From the NCBI GenBank assembly GCA_964247055.1, contig OZ176051.1, positions 248,001 to 312,000 on the forward strand: a DNA stretch of 64,000 nt, read 5' to 3'. The translations under genes were made by a program, and so were the position numbers. Origin of the DNA: Paragordius varius. Taxonomy: Eukaryota; Animalia; Nematomorpha. The notes under the pieces were generated by a model, which was not told the DNA's origin, made no database searches, and saw nothing but the letters and a program-made list of their open reading frames with translations. Position 1 is the stretch's first letter; each line of letters starts with the position of its first letter. Shown in pieces: positions 25,101-37,800 of the stretch.

Positions 25101-28100
25101 GCCCTATGGTAGTTCCATCATCACCCCAAATATTTTCGAAATCGGAATATAAATGTAATTTTTATGAATTTTTTAAATATTTAAAAAATTTATTTTATAC
25201 GATTTTAAAAATAAAAATGGCTACCTAAAATCCAAATTTGATCAGGTGATGTCACTATAATTTTTTTTGGGTAGCCCTATGGTAGTTTCATCATCACCCC
25301 AAATATTTTCGAGATCGAAGTATAAATGTAATTTTTATGAATTTTTTAAATATTTAAAAAATTTATTTTATACGATTTTGAAATAAAAATGGCTACCTAA
25401 AATCCAAATTTGATCAGGTGATGTCGCCATAATTTTTTTTGGGTAGCCCTATGGTAGTTCCATCATCACCCCAAATATTTTCGAGATCGGAGGATAAATG
25501 TAATTTTTATGAATTTTTTAAATATTTAAAAAATTTATTTTATACGATTTTAAAAATAAAAATGGCTACCTAAAATCCAAATTTGATCAGGTGATGTCAC
25601 TATAATTTTTTTGGGTAGCCCTATGGTAGTTCTATCATCACCCCAAATATTTTGGGGATCGGACTATAAATGTAATTTTTATGAATTTTTTAAATATTTA
25701 AAAAATTTATTTTATACGATTTTAAAAATAAAAATGGCTACCTAAAATCCAAATTTGATCAGGTGATGTCACTATAATTTTTTTGGGTAGCCCTATGGTA
25801 GTTCCATCATCACCCCAAATATTTTCGAAATCGGAATATAAATGTAATTTTTATGAATTTTTTAAATATTTAAAAAATTTATTTTATACGATTTTAAAAA
25901 TAAAAATGGCTACCTAAAATCCAAATTTGATCAAGTGATGTCACCATAATTTTTTTTGGCCTATGGTAGTTCCATCATCACCCCAAATATTGTCGAGATC
26001 GGAGTATAAATGTAATTTTTATGAATTTTTTAAATATTTAAAAAATTTATTTTATACGATTTTAAAAATAAAAATGGCTACCTAAAATCCAAATTTGATC
26101 AGGTGATGTCACTATAATTTTTTTGGGTAGCCCTATGGTAGTTCCATCATCACCCCAAATATTTTCGAAATCGGAATATAAATGTAATTTTTATGAATTT
26201 TTTAAATATTTAAAAAATTTATTTTATACGATTTTAAAAATAAAAATGGCTACCTAAAATCCAAATTTGATCAGGTGATGTCACTATAATTTTTTTGGGT
26301 AGCCCTATGGTAGTTCCATCATCACCCCAAATGTTGTCGAGATCGGAGTATAAATGTAATTTTTTTGAATTTTTTAAATATTTAAAAAATTTATTTTATA
26401 CGATTTTAAAAATAAAAATGGCTACCTAAAATCCAAATTTGATCAGGTGATGTCACCATAATTTTTTTTGGGTAGCCCTATGGTAGTTCCATCATCACCC
26501 CAAATGTTGTCGAGATCGGAGTATAAATGTAATTTTTTTGAATTTTTTAAATATTTTAAAAATTTATTTTATACGATTTTAAAAATAAAAATGGCTACCT
26601 AAAATCCAAATTTGATCAGGTGATGTCGCCATAATTTTTTTTGGGTAGCCCTATGATAGTTCCATCATCAGCCCAAATATTTTGGGGATCGGACTATAAA
26701 TGTAATTTTTATGAATTTTTTAAATATTTAAAAAATTTATTTTATACGATTTTAAAAATAAAAATGGCTACCTAAAATCCAAATTTGATCAGGTGATGTC
26801 ACTATAATTTTTTTGGGTAGCCCTATGGTAGTTCCATCATCACCCCAAATATTTTGGGGATCGGACTATAAATGTAATTTTTATAAATTTTTTAAATATT
26901 TAAAAAATTTATTTTATACGATTTTAAAAATAAAATTGGCTACCTAAAATCCAAATTTGATCAGGTGATGTCACCATAATTTTTTTTGGGTAGCCCTATG
27001 GTAGTTCTATCATCACCCCAAATGTTGTCGAGATCGGAGTATAAATGTAATTTTTTTGAATTTTTTAAATATTTAAAAAATTTATTTTATACGATTTTAA
27101 AAATAAAAATGGCTACCTAAAATCCAAATTTGATCAGGTGATGTCGCCATAATTTTTTTTGCGTAGCCCTATGGTAGTTCTATCATCACCCCAAATATTT
27201 TGGGGATCGGACTATAAATGTAATTTTTATGAATTTTTTAAATATTTAAAAAATTTATTTTATACGATTTTAAAAATAAAAATGGCTACCTAAAATCCAA
27301 ATTTGATCAGGTGATGTCACCATAATTTTTTTTGGGTAGCCCTATGGTAGTTCCATCATCACCCCAAATATTTTCGAGATCGGAGTATAAATGTAATTTT
27401 TATGAATTTTTTAAATATTTAAAAAATTTATTTTATACGATTTTAAAAATAAAAATGGCTACCTAAAATCCAAATTTGATCAGGTGATGTCACTATAATT
27501 TTTTTGGGTAGCCCTATGATAGTTCCATCATCACCCCAAATATTTTGGGGATCGGACTATAAATGTAATTTTTATGAATTTTTTAAATATTTAAAAAATT
27601 TATTTTATACGATTTTTAAAATAAAAATGGCTACCTAAAATCCAAATTTGATCAGGTGATGTCGCCATAATTTTTTTGGGTAGCCCTATGGTAGTTCCAT
27701 CATCACCCCAAATACTTTGGGGATCCGACTATAAATGTAATTTTTATGAATTTTTTAAATATTTAAAAAATTTATTTTATACGATTTTAAAAATAAAAAT
27801 GGCTACCTAAAATCCAAATTTGATCAGGTGATGTCACTATAATTTTTTTGGGTAGCTATATGGTAGTTCCATCATCAGCCCAAATATTTTGGGGATCGGA
27901 CTATAAATGTAATTTTTTATGAATTTTTTAAATATTTAAACAATTTATTTTATACGATTTTAAAAATAAAAATGGCTACCTAAAATTCAAATTTGATCAG
28001 GTGATGTCGCCATAATTTTTTTGGGTAGCCCTATGGTAGTTCCATCATCACCCCAAATACTTTGGGGATCGGACTATAAATGTAATTTTTATGAATTTTT

Positions 28101-30400
28101 TAAATATTTAAAAAATTTATTTTATACGATTTTGAAAATAAAAATGGCTACCTAAAATCCAAATTTGATCAGGTGATGTCACTATAATTTTTTTGGGTAG
28201 CTATATGGTAGTTCCATCATCAGCCCAAATATTTTGGGGATCGGACTATAAATGTAATTTTTATGAATTTTTTAAATATTTAAACAATTTATTTTATACG
28301 ATTTTAAAAATAAAAATGGCTACCTAAAATTCAAATTTGATCAGGTGATGTCACTATAATTTTTTTGGGTAGCCCTATGGTAGTTCCATCATCACCCCAA
28401 ATATTTTGGGGATCGGACTATAAATGTAATTTTTATGAATTTTTTAAATATTTAAAAAATTTATTTTATACGATTTTAAAAATAAAAATGACTACCTAAA
28501 ATCCAAATTTGATCAGGTGATGTCGCCATAATTTTTTTTGGGTAGCCCTATGATAGTTCCATCATCACCCCAAATACTTTGGGGATCGGACTATAAATGT
28601 AATTTTTATGAATTTTTTAAATATTTAAAAAATTTATTTTATACGATTTCTAAAATAAAAATGGCTACCTAAAATCCAAATTTGATCAGGTGATGTCGCC
28701 ATAATTTTTTTGGGTAGCCCTATGGTAGTTCCATCATAACCCCAAATATTTTTGAGATCGGACTTTAAATGTAATTTTTATAAATTTTTTAAATATTTGA
28801 AAAATTTATTTTATACGATTTTAAAAATAAAAATGGCTACCTAAAATCCAAATTTGATCAGGTGATGTCACTATAATTTTTTTGGGTAGCTATATGGTAG
28901 TTCCATGATCAGCCCAAATATTTTGGGGATCGGACTATAAATGTAATTTTTATGAATTTTTTAAATATTTAAAAAATTTATTTTATACGATTTTAAAAAT
29001 AAAAATGGCTACCTAAAATCCAAATTTGATCAGGTGATGTCACTATAATTTTTTTGGGTAGCCCTATGATAGTTCCATCATCACCCCAAATACTTTGGGG
29101 ATCGGACTATAAATGTAATTTTTATGAATTTTTTAAATATTTAAAAAATTTATTTTATACGATTTTAAAAATAAAAATGGCTACCTAAAATCCAAATTTG
29201 ATCAGGTGATGTCGCCATAATTTTTTTTGGGTAGCCCTATGATAGTTCCATCATCACCCCAAATACTTTGGGGATCGGACTATAAATGTAATTTTTATGA
29301 ATTTTTTAAATATTTAAAAAATTTATTTTATACGATTTCTAAAATAAAAATGGCTACCTAAAATCCTAATTTGATCAGGTGATGTCGCCATAATTTTTTT
29401 GGGTAGCCCTATGGTAGTTCCATCATAACCCCAAATATTTTTGAGATCGGACTTTAAATGTAATTTTTATAAATTTTTTAAATATTTGAAAAATTTATTT
29501 TATACGATTTTAAAAATAAAAATGGCTACCTAAAATCCAAATTTGATCAGGTGATGTCACTATAATTTTTTTGGGTAGATATATGGTAGTTCCATCATCA
29601 GCCCAAATATTTTGGGGATCGGACTATAAATGTAATTTTTATGAATTTTTTAAATATTTAAAAAATTTATTTTATACGATTTTAAAAATAAAAATGGCTA
29701 CCAAAAATCCAAATTTGATCAGGTGATGTCACTATAATTTTTTTGGGTAGCCCTATGATAGTTCCATCATCACCCCAAATATTTTGGGGATCGGACTATA
29801 AATGTAATTTTTATGAATTTTTTAAATATTTAAAAAATTTATTTTATACGATTTTAAAAATAAAAATGGCTACCTAAAATCCAAATTTGATCAGGTGATG
29901 TCGCCATAATTTTTTTTGGGTAGCCCTATGGTAGTTCAATCATCACCCCAAATACTTTGGGGATCGGACTATAAATGTAATTTTTATGAATTTTGTAAAT
30001 ATTTAAAAAATTTATTTTATACGATTTTAAAAATAAAAATGGCTACCTAAAATCCAAATTTGATCAGGTGATGTCACTATAATTTTTTTGGGTAGCCCTA
30101 TGGTAGTTCCATCATCACCCCAAATATTTTGGGGATCGGACTATAAATGTAATTTTTATGAATTTTTTAAATATTTAAAAAATTTATTTTATACGATTTT
30201 AAAAATAAAAATGGCTACCTAAAATCCAAATTTGATCAGGTGATGTCGCCATAATTTTTTTTGGGTAGCCCTATGATAGTTCCATCATCACCCCAAATAC
30301 TTTGGGGATCGGACTATAAATGTAATTTTTATGAATTTTTTAAATATTTAAAAAATTTATTTTATACGATTTCTAAAATAAAAATGGCTACCTAAAATCC

Positions 30401-33400
30401 AAATTTGATCAGGTGATGTCGCCATAATTTGTTTGGGTAGCCCTATGGTAGTTCCATCATAACCCCAAATATTTTTGAGATCGGACTTTAAATGTAATTT
30501 TTATAAATTTTTTAAATATTTGAAAAATTTATTTTATACGATTTTAAAAATATAAATGGCTACCTAAAATCCAAATTTGATCAGGTGATGTCGCTATAAT
30601 TTTTTTTGGGTAGCCCTATAGTAGTTCCATTATCACCCCAAATATTTTTGAGATCGGAGTATAAAGTTAATTTTTATGAATTTTTTAAATATTTAAAAAA
30701 TTTATTTTATACGATTTTAAAAATAAAAATGGCTACCTAAAATCCAAATTTGATCATGTGAAGTCGCCATAATCTTTTTTGGGTAGCCATATGATAGTTC
30801 CATCATCACCCCAAATACTTTGGGGATCGGACTATAAATGTAATTTTTATGAATTTTTTAAATATTTAAAAAATTTATTTTATACGATTTCTAAAATAAA
30901 AATGGCTACCTAAAATCCAAATTTGATCAGGTGATGTCGCCATAATTTGTTTGGGTAGCCCTATGGTAGTTCCATCATAACCCCAAATATTTTTGAGATC
31001 GGACTTTAAATGTAATTTTTATAAATTTTTTAAATATTTGAAAAATTTATTTTATACGATTTTAAAAATAAAAATGGCTACCTAAAATCCAAATTTGATC
31101 AGGTGATGTCGCCATAATTTTTTTTGGGTAGCCCTATAGTAGTTCCATCATCACCCCAAATATTTTCGAGATCGGAGTATAAATGTAATTTATATGAATT
31201 TTTTAAATATTTAAAAAATTTATTTTATACGATTTTAAAAATAAAAATGGCTATCTAAAATCCAAATTTGATCAGGTGATGTCACCATAATTTTTTTTGG
31301 GTAGCCCTATGGTAGTTCCATCATCACCCCAAATATTTTCAAGATCGGAGTATAAATGTAATTTTTATGAATTTTTTAAATATTTAAAAAATTTATTTTA
31401 TACGATTTTAAAAATAAAAATGGCTACCTAAAATCCAAATTTGATCAGGTGATGTCACCATAATTTTTTTTGGGTAGCCCTATGGTAGTTCCATCATCAC
31501 CCCAAATATTTTCGAGATCGGAGTATAAATGTAATTTTTATGAATTTTTTAAATATTTAAAAAATTTATTTTATACGATTTTAAAAATAAAAATGGCTAC
31601 CTAAAATCCAAATTTGATCAGGTGATGTCACCATATATTTTTTTGGGTAGCCCTATGGTAATGTCATCATCACCCCAAATATTTTGGGGATCGGACCATA
31701 AATGTAATTTTTATGAATTTTTTAAATATTTAAAAAATTTATTTTATACGATTTTAATAATAAAAATGGCTACCTAAAATCCAAATTTGATCAGTGATGT
31801 CACCATAATTTTTTTTAGGTAGCCCTATGGTGATTCCATCATCACCCCAAATATTGTCGAGATCGGAGTATAAATGTAATTTTTATGAATTTTTTAAATA
31901 TTTAAAAAATTTATTTTATATGATTTTAAAAATAAAAATGGCTACCTAAAATCCAAATTTGATCAGGTGATGTCACCATATTTTTTTTTGGGTAGCCGTA
32001 TGGTAGTTCCATCATCACCCCAAATATTTTGGGGATCGGACTATAAATGAAATTTTTATGAATTTTTTAAATATTTAAAAAATTTATTTTATACGATTTT
32101 AAAAATAAAAATGGCTACCTAAAATCCAAATTTGATCAGGTGATGTCGCCATAATTTGTTTGGGTAGCCCTATGGTAGTTCCATCATAACCCCAAATATT
32201 TTTGAGATCGGACTTTAAATGTAATTTTTATAAATTTTTTAAATATTTGAAAAATTTATTTTATACGATTTTAAAAATATAAATGGCTACCTAAAATCCA
32301 AATTTGATCAGGTGATGTCGCTATAATTTTTTTTGGGTAGCCCTATAGTAGTTCCATTATCACCCCAAATATTTTTGAGATCGGAGTATAAAGTTAATTT
32401 TTATGAATTTTTTAAATATTTAAAAAATTTATTTTATACGATTTTAAAAATAAAAATGGCTACCTAAAATCCAAATTTGATCATGTGAAGTCGCCATAAT
32501 CTTTTTTGGGTAGCCATATGATAGTTCCATCATCACCCCAAATACTTTGGGGATCGGACTATAAATGTAATTTTTATGAATTTTTTAAATATTTAAAAAA
32601 TTTATTTTATACGATTTCTAAAATAAAAATGGCTACCTAAAATCCAAATTTGATCAGGTGATGTCGCCATAATTTGTTTGGGTAGCCCTATGGTAGTTCC
32701 ATCATAACCCCAAATATTTTTGAGATCGGACTTTAAATGTAATTTTTATAAATTTTTTAAATATTTGAAAAATTTATTTTATACGATTTTAAAAATAAAA
32801 ATGGCTACCTAAAATCCAAATTTGATCAGGTGATGTCGCCATAATTTTTTTTGGGTAGCCCTATAGTAGTTCCATCATCACCCCAAATATTTTCGAGATC
32901 GGAGTATAAATGTAATTTATATGAATTTTTTAAATATTTAAAAAATTTATTTTATACGATTTTAAAAATAAAAATGGCTATCTAAAATCCAAATTTGATC
33001 AGGTGATGTCACCATAATTTTTTTTGGGTAGCCCTATGGTAGTTCCATCATCACCCCAAATATTTTCAAGATCGGAGTATAAATGTAATTTTTATGAATT
33101 TTTTAAATATTTAAAAAATTTATTTTATACGATTTTAAAAATAAAAATGGCTACCTAAAATCCAAATTTGATCAGGTGATGTCACCATAATTTTTTTTGG
33201 GTAGCCCTATGGTAGTTCCATCATCACCCCAAATATTTTCGAGATCGGAGTATAAATGTAATTTTTATGAATTTTTTAAATATTTAAAAAATTTATTTTA
33301 TACGATTTTAAAAATAAAAATGGCTACCTAAAATCCAAATTTGATCAGGTGATGTCACCATATATTTTTTTGGGTAGCCCTATGGTAATGTCATCATCAC

Positions 33401-33854
33401 CCCAAATATTTTGGGGATCGGACCATAAATGTAATTTTTATGAATTTTTTAAATATTTAAAAAATTTATTTTATACGATTTTAATAATAAAAATGGCTAC
33501 CTAAAATCCAAATTTGATCAGTGATGTCACCATAATTTTTTTTAGGTAGCCCTATGGTGATTCCATCATCACCCCAAATATTGTCGAGATCGGAGTATAA
33601 ATGTAATTTTTATGAATTTTTTAAATATTTAAAAAATTTATTTTATATGATTTTAAAAATAAAAATGGCTACCTAAAATCCAAATTTGATCAGGTGATGT
33701 CACCATATTTTTTTTTGGGTAGCCCTATGGTAGTTCCATCATCACCCCAAATATTTTGGGGATCGGACTATAAATGAAATTTTTATGAATTTTTTAAATA
33801 TTTAAAAAATTTATTTTATACGATTTTAAAAATAAAAATGGCTACCTAAAATCC
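30401..33854 (+). repeat. Tandem 10-monomer higher-order unit x2 (period 1727 bp)
   Basis: TTTGTTTGGG, TATAAATGGC, TCATGTGAAGTC, CTATCT, TCAAG, ATGTCATC with GGACCAT, TCAGTGATG with TTAGGT, and AAATGAAA repeat in order from 30401 and 32128. Confidence 0.92.
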
Positions 33855-34886
33855 AAATTTGATCAGGTGATGTCACCATATTTTTTTTTGGGTAGCCCTA
33901 TGGTAGTTCCATCATCACCCCAAATATTTTGGGAATCGGACTATAAATGTAATTTTTATGAATTTTTTAAATATTTAAAAAATTTATTTTATACGATTTT
34001 TAAAATAAAAATGGCTACCTAAAATCCAAATTTGATCAGTGATGTCGCCATAATTTTTTTTGGGTAGCCCTATGGTAGTTCCATCATTACCCTAAATATT
34101 TTGGGGATCGGACTATAAATGTAATTTTTATGAATTTTTTAAATATTTAAAAAATTTATTTTATACGATTTTAAAAATAAAAATGGCTACCTAAAATCCA
34201 AATTTGATCAGGTGATGTCGCCATAATTTTTTTTAAGTAGCCCTATAGTAGTTCCATCATCACCCCAAATATTTTCGAGATCGGAGTATAAATGTAATTT
34301 TTATGAATTTTTTAAATATTTAAAAAATTTATTTTATACGATTTTTAAAATAAAAATGGCTACCTAAAATCCAAATTTGATCAGGTGATGTCGCCATAAT
34401 TTTTTTGGGTAGCCCTATAGTAGTTCCATCATCACCCCAAATATTTTCGAGATCGGAGTATAAATGTGATTTTTATAAATTTTTTAAATATTTAAAAAAT
34501 TTATTTTATACGATTTTAAAAAAAATGGCTATCTAAAATCCAAATTTGATCAGGTGATGTCACCATAATTTTTTTTGGGTAGCCCTATGGTAGTTCCATC
34601 ATCACCCCAAATATTTTCGAGATCGGAGTATAAATGTAATTTTTATGAATTTTTTAAATATTTAAAAAATTTATTTTATACGATTTTAAAAATAAAAATG
34701 GCTACCTAAAATCCAAATTTGATCAGGTGATGCGCCATAATTTTTTTTGGGTAGCCCTATGGTAGTTCCATCATCACACCAAATATTTTTGAGATCGGAC
34801 TTTAAATGTAATTTTTATGAATTTTTTAAATATTTAAAAAATTTATTTTATACGATTTTAAAAATAAAAATGGCTACCTAAAATCC

Positions 34887-37800
34887 AAATTTATCAGGTG
34901 ATGTCACCATAATTTTTTTTGGGTAGCCCTATGGTTGTTCCATCATCACCCCAAATATTTTCGAGATCGGAGTATAAATGTAATTTTTATGAATTTTTTA
35001 AATATTTAAAAAATTTATTTTATACGATTTTAAAAATAAAAATGGCTACCTAAAATCCAAATTTGATCAGGTGTCACCATAATTTTTTTTGGGTAGCCCT
35101 ATGGTAGTTCCATCATCACCCCAAATATTTTCGAGATCGGAGTATAAATGTAATTTTTATGAATTTTTTAAATATTTAAAAAATTTATTTTATACGATAT
35201 TAAAAATAAAAATGGCTACCTAAAATCCAAATTTGATCAGGTGATGTCACCATATTTTTTTTTGGGTAGCCCTATGGTAGTTCCATCATCACCCCAAATA
35301 TTTTGGGGATCGGACTATAAATGTAATTTTTATGAATTTTTTAAATATTTAAAAAATTTATTTTATACGATTTTAAAAAAAATGGCTATCTAAAATCCAA
35401 ATTTGATCAGGTGAGGTCACCATAATTTTTTTTGGGTAGCCCTATGGTAGTTCCATCATCACCCCAAATATTTTCGAGATCGGAGTATAAATGTAATTTT
35501 TATGAATTTTTTAAATATTTAAAAAATTTATTTTATACGATTTTAAAAATAAAAATGGCTACCTAAAATCCAAATTTGATCAGGTGATGTCGCCATAATT
35601 TTTTTTGGGTAGCCCTATGGTAGTTCCATCATCACCCCAAATATTTTCGAGATCGGAGTATAAATGTAATTTTTATGAATTTTTTAAATATTTAAAAAAT
35701 TTATTTTATACGATTTTAAAAATAAAAATGGCTACCTAAAATCCAAATTTGATCAGGTGATGTCGCCATAATTTTTTTTTGGGTAGCCCTATGGTAGTTC
35801 CATCATAACCCCAAATATTTTTGAGATCGGACTTTAAATGTAATTTTTATGAATTTTTTAAATATTTAAAAAATTTATTTTATACGATTTTAAAAATAAA
35901 AATGGCTACCTAAAATCCAAATTTCATCAGGTGATGTCGCTATAATTTTTTTTGGGTAGCCCTATGGTAGTTCCATCATCACCCCAAATACTTTGGGGAT
36001 CGGACTATAAATGTAATTTTTATGAATTTTTTAAGTATTTAAAAAATTTATTTTATACGATTTTAAAAATAAAAATGGCTACCTAAAATCAAAATTTGAT
36101 CAGGTGATGTCGCCATAATTTTTTTTGGGTAGCCCTATGGTAGTTCCATCATAACCCCAAATATTTTTGAGATCGGACTTTAAATGTAATTTTTATGAAT
36201 TTTTTAAATATTTAAAAAATTTATTTTATACGATTTTAAAAATAAAAATGGCTACCTAAAATCCAAATTTATCAGGTGATGTCACCATAATTTTTTTTGG
36301 GTAGCCCTATGGTTGTTCCATCATCACCCCAAATATTTTCGAGATCGGAGTATAAATGTAATTTTTATGAATTTTTTAAATATTTAAAAAATTTATTTTA
36401 TACGATTTTGAAAATAAAAATGGCTAGCTAAAATCCAAATTTGATCAGGTGTCACCATAATTTTTTTTGGGTAGCCCTATGGTAGTTCCATCATCACCCC
36501 AAATATTTTCGAGATCGGAGTATAAATGTAATTTTTATGAATTTTTTAAATATTTAAAAAATTTATTTTATACGATATTAAAAATAAAAATGGCTACCTA
36601 AAATCCAAATTTGATCAGGTGATGTCACCATATTTTTTTTGGGTAGCCCTATGGTAGTTCCATCATCACCCCAAATATTTTGGGGATCGGACTATAAATG
36701 TAATTTTTATGAATTTTTTAAATATTTAAAAAATTTATTTTATACGATTTTAAAAAAAATGGCTATCTAAAATCCAAATTTGATCAGGTGAGGTCACCAT
36801 AATTTTTTTTGGGTAGCCCTATGGTAGTTCCATCATCACCCCAAATATTTTCGAGATCGGAGTATAAATGTAATTTTTATGAATTTTTTAAATATTTAAA
36901 AAATTTATTTTATACGATTTTAAAAATAAAAATGGCTACCTAAAATCCAAATTTGATCAGGTGATGTCGCCATAATTTTTTTTGGGTTGCCCTATGGTAG
37001 TTCCATCATCACCCCAAATATTTTCGAGATCGGAGTATAAATGTAATTTTTATGAATTTTTTAAATATTTAAAAAATTTATTTTATACGATTTTAAAAAT
37101 AAAAATGGCTACCTAAAATCCAAATTTGATCAGGTGATGTCGCCATAATTTTTTTTTGGGTAGCCCTATGGTAGTTCCATCATAACCCCAAATATTTTTG
37201 AGATCGGACTTTAAATGTAATTTTTATGAATTTTTTAAATATTTAAAAAATTTATTTTATACGATTTTAAAAATAAAAATGGCTACCTAAAATCCAAATT
37301 TCATCAGGTGATGTCGCTATAATTTTTTTTGGGTAGCCCTATGGTAGTTCCATCATCACCCCAAATACTTTGGGGATCGGACTATAAATGTAATTTTTAT
37401 GAATTTTTTAAGTATTTAAAAAATTTATTTTATACGATTTTAAAAATAAAAATGGCTACCTAAAATCAAAATTTGATCAGGTGATGTCGCCATAATTTTT
37501 TTTGGGTAGCCCTATGGTAGTTCCATCATAACCCCAAATATTTTTGAGATCGGACTTTAAATGTAATTTTTATGAATTTTTTAAATATTTAAAAAATTTA
37601 TTTTATACGATTTTAAAAATAAAAATGGCTACCTAAAATCCAAATTTATCAGGTGATGTCACCATAATTTTTTTTGGGTAGCCCTATGGTTGTTCCATCA
37701 TCACCCCAAATATTTTCGAGATCGGAGTATAAATGTAATTTTTATGAATTTTTTAAATATTTAAAAAATTTATTTTATACGATTTTAAAAATAAAAATGG

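Noticed and set aside
35918-35932. Hammerhead core CTGATGA on the minus strand of the TTTCATCAGG variant (also ~37300, 38677, 40055, 41265, 59460, 62563)
   Set aside because: The consensus reads CTGATCA. In the variant copies no stem II closes onto a nearby GAAA and no matching stems I/III are evident, so it is most likely a chance G>C variant.
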